From: Chthonomonadales bacterium
Lineage (GTDB): Bacteria; Armatimonadota; Chthonomonadetes; Chthonomonadales; CAJBBX01
Assembly (NCBI GenBank): GCA_049967475.1
Contig: JBMFSQ010000010.1
Coordinates: 1-64,000 of the forward strand
Direction: 5' to 3'
Length of the DNA stretch: 64,000 bases
Part shown: piece after piece, positions 11,923-22,266 of the stretch
How positions within the stretch are numbered: position 1 is the stretch's first letter
Layout: each line of letters opens with the position of its first letter
Position numbers and translations under genes: made by a program
The notes under the pieces: model-generated
What the model saw: the letters and a program-made list of their open reading frames with translations, nothing else
Told to the model about the DNA's origin: nothing
The model's database searches: none

Positions 11923-13116
11923 ATGGATCATTTCGACGTCATTGTGATCGGCGCAGGACCTGCAGGCTGCTCGGCTGCAGAAGCCTGTGTCCGCGCCGGT
12001 ATGCGCACCGCCCTCGTTGAAAAGGAGCGCATCCCGCGGCACAAAACGTGCGGAGGGGGCATGCCGACGGCCGTGGGCGATATTTTGATGGGACTGGTGC
12101 CCGAGGCCTTCGTCGAGGCCACCGTAACCCATATGCGCCATACGTGGCGCTTCGGCGACCCCCACCTTGCCCCCATCAACCCGCCGGGAGCCGACCGCCA
12201 ACTCGCCCTTTGGATGGTCCAGCGGTCCATTTTTGATGCTGCTTTGGCCCAGCGCGCGGCGAGCGCCGGCGCTCAACTGATGGATGGCGCACCCGTACGC
12301 TCGGTGAGCCGATGCGGCCAACACGTAGAAGTCACTCTGGAAAACCCCGCCAATCGGCAGCCCGTCCATCTCAAAGCCGATTTCCTGATCGGAGCCGATG
12401 GAGCCAACGGCATCACAGCCCGGGCAGCCGGACTTCATGCCCATCGCACCGTAGCAATCGCCATCGAAGCTGAGATACCGCACGACTGGCTCACAGGGCA
12501 TCCCGATCTGCAACCCCATGTGATGCACTTGGAGTACGGAATGGTGGATCGGGGTTATGCCTGGATCTTCCCCAAGGCTGATCACCTGAACGTGGGAGCC
12601 GGAATGTTTCACCCAGGGCGGGGCTCAGCAACCATCCCCGTCGCAAATCTGCGCGCCGTGGTGTGCAGTTACCTCGCCTCTTTGGGGATACCGTGCGAAG
12701 CCTCTCAGATCCGCTGGTACGCCCATCCCTTGCCCTTGTGGTCCGGTAGGCGGCGCCTCAACACCCGCGACGGGCGCATTCTCCTGGCTGGGGACGCCGC
12801 CTGCCTCATCAACCCGCTCTTCGGCGACGGCATCCTGAACGCCGTCAAAAGCGGCATCATCGCCGCTCGATCTATCGTCACCGGGCAGGCATCCCGGTAT
12901 ACCCAGGCCATCAACGCGGAGTTCGCCGCCAACCTTGATGCCGCATACAAACTCGCCCGCTTCTTTTACACGTGGCCGCACGCGGTGTACCGGTACGCCA
13001 TTTCCCGCCCCACGGCCACACGCACAGCCGTGCGCCTCCTCTACGGGGATACCCCCTTTACGCACATGGCGGCGAGCGCCATCCGAAGGCTCAGGCGCGC
13101 TATTCTTGGCGGCTAG
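11923..13116 (+). CDS. Geranylgeranyl reductase family FAD oxidoreductase
   Basis: GAGPAG, PRHKTCGGG, IGADG, GYAWIFPK, LAGDAA..INP.FGDGI. Confidence 0.9.
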   Translation: MDHFDVIVIGAGPAGCSAAEACVRAGMRTALVEKERIPRHKTCGGGMPTAVGDILMGLVPEAFVEATVTHMRHTWRFGDPHLAPINPPGADRQLALWMVQRSIFDAALAQRAASAGAQLMDGAPVRSVSRCGQHVEVTLENPANRQPVHLKADFLIGADGANGITARAAGLHAHRTVAIAIEAEIPHDWLTGHPDLQPHVMHLEYGMVDRGYAWIFPKADHLNVGAGMFHPGRGSATIPVANLRAVVCSYLASLGIPCEASQIRWYAHPLPLWSGRRRLNTRDGRILLAGDAACLINPLFGDGILNAVKSGIIAARSIVTGQASRYTQAINAEFAANLDAAYKLARFFYTWPHAVYRYAISRPTATRTAVRLLYGDTPFTHMAASAIRRLRRAILGG

Positions 13117-13140
13117 ATGTTGCTCTCAAGGAACAGACCG

Positions 13141-14265
13141 CTAGGGGACCCAATCCGCTACGAAGATGTTCGTTTCGTGAGGAGCCTTCCCATTCCGATT
13201 GGAGGCCCATACCAAGCGCCTTCCGTCGGGGCTGAACATGGGGAAGGCGTCAAACTGACCTCCGTACGTAATGCGCTCCAACCCTTTTCCGTCTACACCG
13301 ATGAGGTACAGTTCGAACCTGCGCCGTTGGGGGTCATCCATATTCGACGAAAAGATTATGTGCCTGCCATCCGGCGTGAAATAGGGAGCGAAGTTGGCTG
13401 CACCATTGTGCGTCACCTGGCGCGCCTCTGTGCCGTCCGCACGGGCTACCCAAATCTCCATCTTCGTAGGCCGCACAAGGTTTTGCTTTAGAAGCCGCAC
13501 GTAATCTTCCCGTTCCTCGGGCGTCTGCGGATAATAGGCGCGCCATACGATGAAGCGGCTGTCCGGCGAGAAGTAGGCTCCGCCGTCGTATCCCACACGG
13601 CGCGTGATCCTGCGAATGTGCCCTCCATTCAGGTCCATCGTGTAGAGGTCCAAATCGCCGTCGCGCGTGGAAGTAAAGATAATCTTGTTCCCATCGGGCG
13701 AAACCGTTGCCTCGGCGTTGTAGCCCGTTACAACGCCCGGCCCTACGTGCTTGGGTACCAAGGGCCGCAAGCGGGAACCGTCATCCTTGGCGCGGTAGAT
13801 TGCATAGTAGGGATAGACGGGCCACACGTAGCCTTGCGAACGGTCGGGTTCCGGAAGCGGATCGTCGCTAAAAGCATGAGTAGATGAAAAGATGACCTCG
13901 CGGTCCCCGGGAAGGAAGTACCCGCAGGTGCACCGCCCTCGCCCAGTTGATACCATGTGCCTGCCGGATCCATCGGCGTTCATTATGAAGATTTGATCCG
14001 CCTTCAAGTCGCCCCCGCGCATCTGGTAGATCAACCTCTTCCCGTCGTGAGACCAATAGGCTTCTGCGTTCTGCCCGCCAAAGGTAAGCTGCCGCACATT
14101 GGTCAAATGGCGTTCTCGGGGATCCCTGAGCGACTGAAGCTGCCGGCCCTCCCCCACCTGGCTCCATACTCCCAATAGGCAGACCGCTCCAGCAGCCGCC
14201 AGGGCTCTTCGGCGTCTCCTTAAGGGACGGATGATTGCCAAGACGAGGCTAAATACCGTGCTCAA
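13141..14265 (-). CDS. Exported TolB-like beta-propeller (PD40 repeat) protein
   Basis: QLTFGGQNAEAY, SPDG repeats, GYDGGAYFSPD, FDAFPMFSPDG, TNIFVADW; start uncertain. Confidence 0.85.
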   Translation of the reverse strand: MSTVFSLVLAIIRPLRRRRRALAAAGAVCLLGVWSQVGEGRQLQSLRDPRERHLTNVRQLTFGGQNAEAYWSHDGKRLIYQMRGGDLKADQIFIMNADGSGRHMVSTGRGRCTCGYFLPGDREVIFSSTHAFSDDPLPEPDRSQGYVWPVYPYYAIYRAKDDGSRLRPLVPKHVGPGVVTGYNAEATVSPDGNKIIFTSTRDGDLDLYTMDLNGGHIRRITRRVGYDGGAYFSPDSRFIVWRAYYPQTPEEREDYVRLLKQNLVRPTKMEIWVARADGTEARQVTHNGAANFAPYFTPDGRHIIFSSNMDDPQRRRFELYLIGVDGKGLERITYGGQFDAFPMFSPDGRRLVWASNRNGKAPHETNIFVADWVP

Positions 14266-14914
14266 TCAATCTCTCCTCTTCCTGTTGCTCTTCGGGGGTC
14301 AATTCACGCGGCGGCAATTCGGCTAGGACGTCGGCCATCTGAGCAATGGCTTCAAAAAGGGCCATCATATCACGGGCGGACCGCACACGCGAAGCGCGCC
14401 GCCACGCGATCTGGCCCCCCTTTACATACACTTCCACGTCATTCCACCGGGTCAGTACGGCGCGCACCTCTTCCGGAAGCAGTTTCTGCGCGTGTTCCGG
14501 CGTAGATGCAACCAGGAAGAAGCTTCGGTCGAAGAGGGGGTCGCCTGTGGCAACGGAATTCTCTTCGCGACGGGTGAGATGCTCCTCGAGCAGCGACTTG
14601 CGGCGAAGGCCCATCACCACGCGTGCCGGGTTTCGAGTTGAAAGCGCGCCCCGCGTGTGATGGTAGGGTACCCCATCTTCGAAGCTTGTACCCTCCCCAA
14701 GGAAAGCAGTGTGTCCGCGATAGGTGCCATGCACTGCCATAGCGCGCGTGCCCGGCCGAAAATCTAGCGCTCCGCCCAGGGCACGGGCGACCTCGCCCCA
14801 TGCTCTCCGCACGAGGCGCCGCTTCCACCACAGTGCAGCCATGATGCCGGCCGAAACCGCTAAAAGCACCAGAACGATGCCGATAGCAGGTGGAACCATT
14901 GGACGGTCTGTCAC
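14249..14914 (-). CDS. Hypothetical membrane-anchored protein
   Basis: N-terminal TM helix followed by WWKRR; TGDPLFDRSF motif; overlaps the next gene. Confidence 0.7.
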   Translation of the reverse strand: MTDRPMVPPAIGIVLVLLAVSAGIMAALWWKRRLVRRAWGEVARALGGALDFRPGTRAMAVHGTYRGHTAFLGEGTSFEDGVPYHHTRGALSTRNPARVVMGLRRKSLLEEHLTRREENSVATGDPLFDRSFFLVASTPEHAQKLLPEEVRAVLTRWNDVEVYVKGGQIAWRRASRVRSARDMMALFEAIAQMADVLAELPPRELTPEEQQEEERLIEHGI

Positions 14915-14997
14915 GAAGTTGCCCTTTGCAGCACGGAGCGCGGCGCACCAGGCGCCTTTCGCATGCCGTACCCACGATCAAATGGAAGCATCCGACG

Positions 14998-15027
14998 ATT
15001 ATAACCAGCCCCACTCCCGGAAGTCAA
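14998..15027 (-). promoter_or_regulatory. Sigma70-type promoter
   Basis: TTGACT-18 bp-TATAAT pointing to the 14914 gene. Confidence 0.7.
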
Positions 15028-15171
15028 CGCGACCCCGCGGAGGCGTGCTCTGCAAACAAATGGGCACCGTTCTCTGAGCTCCGCTCCCGCCGAAGCTGAG
15101 GTGCTACAATGATACAGCATTTGGTGTGTAGCCACCTGGCGATTTCGTTCTCCGAGGAAGGGACCCATCAA

Positions 15172-16917
15172 TTGAATTCGCAGCTCACCGCGTGGGTGGA
15201 GGAATGCGCTGCCCTCATGACACCCGATCGCATCCATTGGTGCGACGGCTCCGACGAAGAGTACCAAGCCCTCATCGAGGCCATGCTCGCGGACGGCCAT
15301 CTTTTTGAGCTGAACCAAAAAGAGTACCCGGGATGCTACCTGCGCCGCACGGATCCGGGCGATGTGGCGCGGGTGGAAGATCGCACCTTCATATGCTCCG
15401 AGCGCAAAGAAGACGCCGGCCCTACAAACAACTGGATGCCGCCGGAAGAGGCCAAAGCACGGCTGCGACCCATCTTCCGAAACTGCATGAAGGGCCGTAC
15501 CATGTACGTGATCCCCTACATCATGGGGCCGCCGGCGAGTCCCTGGTCCAAGGTGGGCGTCCAGATTACCGATAGCCGCTACGTCACCGTAAACATGCGC
15601 ATCATGACGCGTATGGGCAAGATTGCCATGGAGCGCTTGGAGCGCAGCGCCGAATTTGTGCCCGGCCTCCACTCGGTAGTAGACTTCGACCCTGTAGAGC
15701 GCTACATCCTCCATTTTCCAGAAGAGCGCCTCATCTGGAGCATGAATACCGGCTATGGCGGCAACGCGCTCTTGGGCAAGAAATGCTTCGCGTTGAGGAT
15801 TGCCAGCGTCATGGCACGCGACGAAGGGTGGATGGCCGAGCACATGCTGATCCTAGGGCTGGAGGATCCCCACGGTGAGATCACCTATTTCGCCGCTGCG
15901 TTTCCCAGCGCATGCGGCAAAACGAACCTGGCGATGCTCGTAAGCCCCCTCGAAGCCCAGGGATACCGCGTCCACACTGTGGGGGATGATATCGCCTGGC
16001 TCCGCATCGGCCCCGACGGCAGGCTTTGGGCCATCAATCCCGAGGCAGGCTTCTTTGGCGTGGTCCCTGGCACCAATGAGCAAAGCAATCCCAACGCCAT
16101 GGCGACGATCCGCCGCAACACCATCTATACGAACGTGGCCGTGTCCGACGACGGCATCCCCTGGTGGGAAGGGAAAGACAACTGCCCGCCGGAGCCGTTG
16201 ACGGATTGGAAGGGGCGAAGGCCATGGGACCGAACGGAGCCTGCAGCCCACCCCAACTCACGGTTTACAGCTCCCGCACGCCAATGTCCCTCGATGTCGC
16301 CTCATTGGGAAGACCCGCAAGGCGTGCCCATCTCGGGCATCATCTTCGGCGGACGGCGATCCTACACGGTGCCGCTCATTTATGAGGCTTTCAACTGGCA
16401 GCACGGCGTATTTGTGGGAGCCTCCATGGCCTCACGCACAACGGCGGCCGCCGAAGGGAAGGCCAACGTTCTTCGTCACGATCCCATGGCGATGCTGCCC
16501 TTCTGCGGATACAACATGGGCGACTATCTGCGGCATTGGCTCGAGATGGGCCGGCGCATCCCACGGCCTCCCAAGATCTTCCACGTTAACTGGTTCCGCG
16601 TGGACCAGTATGGCAAATTCCTGTGGCCGGGCTTCGGCGAGAACATCCGCGCCCTCATCTGGATGCGCGACCGCATCCGCGGCACCGCATCTGCCACAGA
16701 GACACCCATCGGCTTCGTGCCCACACCGGAAAGCCTTCACCTAGAGGGGCTCAACATCAGCCGGGATGTACTCAACAAGCTTCTGACCGTGAACCGAGAC
16801 GAATGGCTGGCGGAAATGCCCGACGGCGAAGCGTTCTTCCACAAACTGGGCGACCGGCTGCCTGGCGAGCTGTGGTACGAGCTTCACGCCTTGCGCAAAC
16901 GGCTGGAGGCATCGTAA
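15172..16917 (+). CDS. pckG: Phosphoenolpyruvate carboxykinase (GTP)
   Basis: [48 protein letters not shown]. An extended -10 TGCTACAAT at 15102-15110 and a GAGGAAGG SD favour a TTG start at 15172. Confidence 0.96.
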   Translation: MNSQLTAWVEECAALMTPDRIHWCDGSDEEYQALIEAMLADGHLFELNQKEYPGCYLRRTDPGDVARVEDRTFICSERKEDAGPTNNWMPPEEAKARLRPIFRNCMKGRTMYVIPYIMGPPASPWSKVGVQITDSRYVTVNMRIMTRMGKIAMERLERSAEFVPGLHSVVDFDPVERYILHFPEERLIWSMNTGYGGNALLGKKCFALRIASVMARDEGWMAEHMLILGLEDPHGEITYFAAAFPSACGKTNLAMLVSPLEAQGYRVHTVGDDIAWLRIGPDGRLWAINPEAGFFGVVPGTNEQSNPNAMATIRRNTIYTNVAVSDDGIPWWEGKDNCPPEPLTDWKGRRPWDRTEPAAHPNSRFTAPARQCPSMSPHWEDPQGVPISGIIFGGRRSYTVPLIYEAFNWQHGVFVGASMASRTTAAAEGKANVLRHDPMAMLPFCGYNMGDYLRHWLEMGRRIPRPPKIFHVNWFRVDQYGKFLWPGFGENIRALIWMRDRIRGTASATETPIGFVPTPESLHLEGLNISRDVLNKLLTVNRDEWLAEMPDGEAFFHKLGDRLPGELWYELHALRKRLEAS

Positions 16918-17120
16918 GGGCAGTCCATCCCTTAACCGCCGTGCTCGTTGGACCCGGGATGATGTTTTTCTCTGGCGCATCTCGGCGCCGAGACACCCCG
17001 CCCAGTCACTCCGGAGAGGAAGAGCGCGATGCCCGCGGGAAGGAAGCTCCCCACCCCTCGACGTCCGGCGCGACGTTCAGGGTAGAATGATGCCACCCCA
17101 TCGCTATGGAGCGCCGCTGC

Positions 17121-18407
17121 GTGAAGTACACCGCGCCACCGTATATGCACGATGTTCTACCCCTGCCTCCGGCCAGGGAACCGTGGCTGCACACGGCTAA
17201 GTGGCGCGCCGTCGAAAACATTTTCCGCCACACCTGCCGGCTCTACGGTTACCGCGAAATCCGCACCCCTGTTATGGAACCCACGGAACTGTTTACCCGC
17301 AGCATCGGCGAGGGGACCGACATCGTCACAAAAGAGATGTTCACCTTTACGGACCGCGGCGGGCGCTCCATGACGCTTCGGCCCGAGGGCACGGCCCCGG
17401 CACTCCGCGCCTACGTAGAGCATAAACTCTACGGCATCGCAAACCCGGTGAAGCTTTATTACATCGAGACCATCTACCGCTACGAACGCGGCCAGAAGGG
17501 CCGCTACCGCGAACATCAGCAAACAGGAGTAGAAGCCCTCGGCTCCGATGCCCCAGCCATGGACGCGGAAGTGATTTCGCTAGCGATGGAGTTCTACCGG
17601 CGATTGGGGCTTACCGGCACAGAACTCCGCCTCAACTCTCTCGGCTGCCCGGCATGCCGGCCCAACTTTCGCCACGCCCTCATCGAATACGCCAGGCCGA
17701 GGGTCGAGCATATGAGCGACGAGAACCGCATGCGCTTCCAGGTAAACCCCCTGCGCATGCTGGACAGCAAAGATGAACGGGACCGAGAAATCCTTGCCCA
17801 TGCACCCAAGTTGCTGGATTACCTGTGCGGCGCGTGTGCAGAACATTTCGCTGCATTGCGGCGCCTGTTGGATGGGTTGGGCATCCCCTACTCCCTTGAC
17901 GCCCATCTTGTACGCGGTTTCGACTACTATACGCGCACGGCATTCGAGATTGTGAGCCCGGGCCTCGGCGCCCAAAACAGCATCGGTGGCGGCGGGCGAT
18001 ACGACGGATTGGTTGAAGAAATCGGGGGGCCGCCTACTCCGGGCATAGGCTTCGGCATCGGCACCGAGCGATGCCTCCTGGCCATGGAGCAGTTGGGCGT
18101 GAGCATCCCCGAAGAAGACGAAGCGCCCGAAGTGTTCCTCGTGTCCCTGGGCGAAGCGGCCCAAGAGCGAGCTGTACTCATCGCGCAGGACCTTCGGCGT
18201 GCGGGCATCGCAGCAGAACTCGATTACCAGGCTAGGAGCCTCAAGGCCCAGATGCGAGCTGCGGACCGGGCCGGCGCCCGCTTCGCAGTGGTGCTAGGGG
18301 ACGAGGAACTGGCCCGCTCCTGCGCCGGCGTCAAGCCCCTTCGGGGCGGCGGCGAACAGTGCACTGTGCCGCTCGCCGATCTGCCGGAGTATCTGCGGAC
18401 CCATTAG
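17121..18407 (+). CDS. hisS: Histidine--tRNA ligase
   Basis: LRPEGTA, RYERGQKGRYRE, LVRGFDYY, GGGGRYDGL, GIGFGIG; GTG start at 17121 is approximate. Confidence 0.95.
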   Translation: MKYTAPPYMHDVLPLPPAREPWLHTAKWRAVENIFRHTCRLYGYREIRTPVMEPTELFTRSIGEGTDIVTKEMFTFTDRGGRSMTLRPEGTAPALRAYVEHKLYGIANPVKLYYIETIYRYERGQKGRYREHQQTGVEALGSDAPAMDAEVISLAMEFYRRLGLTGTELRLNSLGCPACRPNFRHALIEYARPRVEHMSDENRMRFQVNPLRMLDSKDERDREILAHAPKLLDYLCGACAEHFAALRRLLDGLGIPYSLDAHLVRGFDYYTRTAFEIVSPGLGAQNSIGGGGRYDGLVEEIGGPPTPGIGFGIGTERCLLAMEQLGVSIPEEDEAPEVFLVSLGEAAQERAVLIAQDLRRAGIAAELDYQARSLKAQMRAADRAGARFAVVLGDEELARSCAGVKPLRGGGEQCTVPLADLPEYLRTH

Positions 18408-18437
18408 TTCTGCACAGCAAAAGGAGGTTTCCGGCTC

Positions 18438-20240
18438 TTGGCTTCATGGCAGCGAACCGAATATTGCGGCATCCTCCGACCCGCTCATATCGGCCGGACG
18501 GTTACCCTCAACGGCTGGGTCAACAGCGTTCGGGATCACGGAGATCTGGTCTTCATTGATCTGCGCGACCGCACGGGCCTCATTCAAACCCGCGCCGATG
18601 TAGGCGAGAGCGGCGCCGAGATCGTACGCCTCGCCTCCGCAGTGCGGCCGGAATATGTTCTCTCCATCACCGGAGAGGTGCGGCGCCGATCTCCGGGCAA
18701 CGAGAACCCCAAGCTTGCCACCGGCGAGATTGAGGTGGAGATACAACATCTGCAGGTTTTGAATACCTGCAAACAGCCGTTACCTTTTCCGCTGAGCGAC
18801 GAAGCCCAAATGGCCCAGGTAAATGAGGAACTCCGCGTGAAGTACCGCTACCTGGACCTTCGCCGGCCGCGCATGCAACAAATGCTCCAGATGCGTCACG
18901 ATGTCATTGCCCTCATGCGCGAGTACCTCAACCGCCATGGCTTTCTCGAAATCGAGACCCCCATCCTCACCAAGTCCACTCCCGAGGGTGCCCGCGACTA
19001 CCTGGTTCCCTATCGCCTGACCCCCGGCCTTTTTTACGCCCTTCCCCAGTCGCCGCAACAGTATAAGCAGTTGCTCATGGTGGCTGGGTGCGAGCGGTAC
19101 TATCAGATCGCCAAGTGCTTCCGCGACGAGGCCCAGCGTGCAGACCGCCAGCCTGAGTTCACGCAACTGGACATGGAAATGGCCTTCGTAACCCAGGACG
19201 ACGTCCTGCAAGTCACCGAAGGCCTCTTCGTGGAACTTATCGAGCGGCTCTCCACCAAGCGCATTGGGGCCCGCCCATTCACACGCCTCACCTACGACGA
19301 GGCCATCCGCCGCTTCGGGACAGACAAGCCGGATCTGCGCTTCGGACTGGAGTTAGTGGATGTGGGGACCATCCTGGCCGGCACGCGGTTCGGGGTGTTC
19401 CGCGAGGCATTGGATCATGGCGGGCAGGTGAAGGCTCTGCGCTACCCGGGCGGTGGAACGCTTTCGCGCAAAGAGATAGACGCACTCACCGCCCTTGCGC
19501 GGGAATTCGGAGCCCGCGGCTTGGCATACCTCACGGGCGATGCGGCACATCCACGCGGTCCCGTAGCCAAGCACCTGGATCCGCACGAACTTGCTGCCGT
19601 CCTCTCGGCCACCCAGGCCCAACCCGAGGATCTCGTACTCTTCATGGCGGGCGAAGCCAGCCGAGTAGCCGCCGTGCTGGGGCGGTTGCGCACCGAAGTC
19701 GGCCGTCGCTTGAACCTGGCCGATCCCGATGTGGTCCATTTCTGCTGGATCACAGATTTCCCGCTGGTAGAGTGGAATGAAGAAGAGGCCCGGTGGGACG
19801 CCGTCCATCACCCGTTCACCATGCCTCACCCCGAGGACATTCCCCTTCTGGACACGGATCCGGGCCGCGTTCGGGCGCTCTGTTACGACCTGGTGTACAA
19901 CGGCATCGAGGGCGCCTCGGGTTCCATCCGCATCCACCGGCGCGATATCCAGGAGAAGGTGTTCCAACTGCTGCGCATCGCGCCCGCCGAGCAGGAGGCC
20001 CGTTTCGGCCACATGCTGGAAGCCTTCCAGTATGGCGCTCCGCCGCACGGGGGCATCGCACCGGGCATTGACCGCCTGGTGGCCACCCTTATGGACGTGC
20101 CGAACCTCAATATCCGCGAGGTCATGGCCTTCCCAAAGATTGGCGGCGGCGCGGATCCGATGATGGGCGCTCCATCGCCGGTGTCGCCACAGCAACTGGA
20201 GGAACTCCATCTGCGCGTGGTTTGGCCCCAAGAGCCGTGA
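18438..20240 (+). CDS. aspS: Aspartate--tRNA ligase, probably non-discriminating (Asp/Asn)
   Basis: FIDLRD, YRYLDLRR, TPEGARDY, LPQSPQ, CFRDE, GAPPHGG; AAGGAGG SD with TTG start. Confidence 0.96.
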   Translation: MASWQRTEYCGILRPAHIGRTVTLNGWVNSVRDHGDLVFIDLRDRTGLIQTRADVGESGAEIVRLASAVRPEYVLSITGEVRRRSPGNENPKLATGEIEVEIQHLQVLNTCKQPLPFPLSDEAQMAQVNEELRVKYRYLDLRRPRMQQMLQMRHDVIALMREYLNRHGFLEIETPILTKSTPEGARDYLVPYRLTPGLFYALPQSPQQYKQLLMVAGCERYYQIAKCFRDEAQRADRQPEFTQLDMEMAFVTQDDVLQVTEGLFVELIERLSTKRIGARPFTRLTYDEAIRRFGTDKPDLRFGLELVDVGTILAGTRFGVFREALDHGGQVKALRYPGGGTLSRKEIDALTALAREFGARGLAYLTGDAAHPRGPVAKHLDPHELAAVLSATQAQPEDLVLFMAGEASRVAAVLGRLRTEVGRRLNLADPDVVHFCWITDFPLVEWNEEEARWDAVHHPFTMPHPEDIPLLDTDPGRVRALCYDLVYNGIEGASGSIRIHRRDIQEKVFQLLRIAPAEQEARFGHMLEAFQYGAPPHGGIAPGIDRLVATLMDVPNLNIREVMAFPKIGGGADPMMGAPSPVSPQQLEELHLRVVWPQEP

Positions 20241-20296
20241 GCTTGTTCACAGCCGAAGGCAACGCGCTCCGGCCGTTTGTAACGCCCCGCGCGACC

Positions 20297-20325
20297 TTGC
20301 CTGAGGCCCATCCGTATGTTATAAT
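20297..20325 (+). promoter_or_regulatory. Sigma70-type promoter of trpE
   Basis: TTGCCT-17 bp-TATAAT with TG extension. Confidence 0.75.
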
Positions 20326-20358
20326 TCCGCACTGATCTCGCTCCACACGGAACTCAAC

Positions 20359-21837
20359 ATGTTCACCCCATCCAGGCAGGAGTTTCTGGCCATGGCACGG
20401 CCAGGGGACCTCATACCCGTGTACCGTGAGATCCTCGCCGACCGCATCACTCCTGTGTCCGCCTTCGAGTGCATCGCATCACGTCCGGGTTCCTTCCTTT
20501 TGGAGAGCGTAGAGGGGGGAGAGCGATTGGCCCGCTATTCCTTCCTTGGAAGCGACCCCTATCTCACTCTCCGGTGTGTGGACCGCGTGGCAACGGTTAC
20601 GGAAGGAGGCCGCACGGTACAACTGCCACTGGAAGCGGGAACGGACGCACTCCACCTCATTCAGGGGCTCCTTGCCCGCTACCGGTTCCTAGAAACTCCC
20701 GGTCTTCCGCGCTTTTGCGGGGGCGCCGTAGGTTACCTCTCCTACGACATGGTGCGGCACTTCGAGAAGCTTCCGCAATTCGCCCGGAACGATCTGAACG
20801 TACCGGACGCATGCTTCCTCTTCACGGACACGCTGCTGATCTTCGACCACGTGCGGCACCGCGTGAAGGTTCTGGGGGCTGCCCGAGTAGACGACGACGC
20901 AGGTTCGGCCTACGACCGTGTAACAGACCGCATCGAGGCCCTCATCGCCCGCCTCCGCGCGCCCGTGGGCATCAAGGCGCCTTACTGTTGCAACGGCCCG
21001 CTTCAAATCGAGGCCAACATGGATCAGGCTGCTTACGAAGCGGCTGTGCGCAAATGCAAGGACTACATCATGGCAGGCGATGCCTTCCAGATTGTGCCCT
21101 CGCTGCGCCTCTCCTTTGCCTTGGACGTGCACCCTTTCGAAGTGTACCGCGCCATCCGCTCGCTCAATCCGTCGCCTTACATGTATTACTTGGACCTCGG
21201 CGATCAGCAAGTGGTGGGGACCTCCCCCGAAATCCTGGTCACCGCCGAGAAGGGCCAGGCCCGCGTGCGTCCTATTGCAGGAACGCGACCCCGCGGGGTT
21301 TCTGAGGAAGAAGACGCCCGCCTTGCCGCCGAACTCCTCGCCGATGAAAAGGAGCGCGCCGAACACATCATGTTGGTGGACCTGGGGCGCAACGACCTAG
21401 GCCGTGTGTGCGAGTACGGGTCGGTGCGCGTAGACGAACTGATGGTTGTGGAACGATATTCCCATGTGATGCACATCGTATCCAACGTAACGGGTCGCAT
21501 TGCTTCAGGCAGAGACGTTTACGACGTCACGCGCGCGTGCTTCCCAGCCGGAACGCTTACCGGTGCTCCGAAGGTTCGGGCCATGGAGATCATCGAGGAG
21601 TTGGAGCCCACACGCCGCGGCCTGTATGGTGGCGCCGTAGGGTATTACAGCTTCAGCGGCGATATGGACTTTGCCATCGCCATCCGCACGATGCTCGTGC
21701 AGAACGGTACAGGATTTGTGCAAGCAGGCGCGGGCGTAGTGGCGGACTCGGTGCCCGAAGCAGAGTATCGCGAGTGCATGAACAAGGCACGGGCACTCAT
21801 TGCAGCCGTCGAGATGGCCCGTCAGGGACTAGAATAA
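20359..21837 (+). CDS. trpE: Anthranilate synthase component I
   Basis: LLESVEGG, NPSPYM, PIAGT, EHIMLVDLGRND, FPAGTLTGAPK, QAGAG. Confidence 0.95.
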   Translation: MFTPSRQEFLAMARPGDLIPVYREILADRITPVSAFECIASRPGSFLLESVEGGERLARYSFLGSDPYLTLRCVDRVATVTEGGRTVQLPLEAGTDALHLIQGLLARYRFLETPGLPRFCGGAVGYLSYDMVRHFEKLPQFARNDLNVPDACFLFTDTLLIFDHVRHRVKVLGAARVDDDAGSAYDRVTDRIEALIARLRAPVGIKAPYCCNGPLQIEANMDQAAYEAAVRKCKDYIMAGDAFQIVPSLRLSFALDVHPFEVYRAIRSLNPSPYMYYLDLGDQQVVGTSPEILVTAEKGQARVRPIAGTRPRGVSEEEDARLAAELLADEKERAEHIMLVDLGRNDLGRVCEYGSVRVDELMVVERYSHVMHIVSNVTGRIASGRDVYDVTRACFPAGTLTGAPKVRAMEIIEELEPTRRGLYGGAVGYYSFSGDMDFAIAIRTMLVQNGTGFVQAGAGVVADSVPEAEYRECMNKARALIAAVEMARQGLE

Positions 21838-21872
21838 GAAGACTTGGCACGCTCCGGCGAGATCCCGACACG

Positions 21873-22253
21873 ATGTTCCATATAACCCCACAAATCGTAG
21901 CATCGGATATTCGACGCTCGGCCGAGTTCTACACAAGGCATTTCGCCTTCTTTGTAACCCAGGTAGATCCGCCGGAGGATCCGGAGTTCATTGCTCTGGA
22001 ACGCGAGGAGAGCAGCCTTTTCCTGGTATCGTCGGCCTCTCGCACCGAGGCCCGGCGCGACATGCTTCAGACACAACAGTGGGGCATCGGCGTACGCCTC
22101 TATTTCGAAGTAGACGACGCTGCCGCCCTCTACAAACAGCTTCGAGAGGCAGGAGTTCCAATCCTGAGGGATCTCGCCGTGAACGAAGAAGAGAACTACA
22201 CGGAATTCCTCATATCGGATCCAGATGGCTATGAGATCGGCGTCTATTCCTGA
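21873..22253 (+). CDS. VOC/glyoxalase family protein
   Basis: D..RS.EFY..., LYFEVDD, EFLISDPDGY; this is the C-terminal part of the listed 21408 ORF. Confidence 0.8.
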   Translation: MFHITPQIVASDIRRSAEFYTRHFAFFVTQVDPPEDPEFIALEREESSLFLVSSASRTEARRDMLQTQQWGIGVRLYFEVDDAAALYKQLREAGVPILRDLAVNEEENYTEFLISDPDGYEIGVYS

Positions 22254-22266
22254 TGCGGCGTTCGGC

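Noticed and set aside
16980..16993. 14-bp palindrome tctcggcgccgaga after pckG
   Set aside because: Single GC-rich palindrome with no second copy or recognisable operator; chance is plausible.
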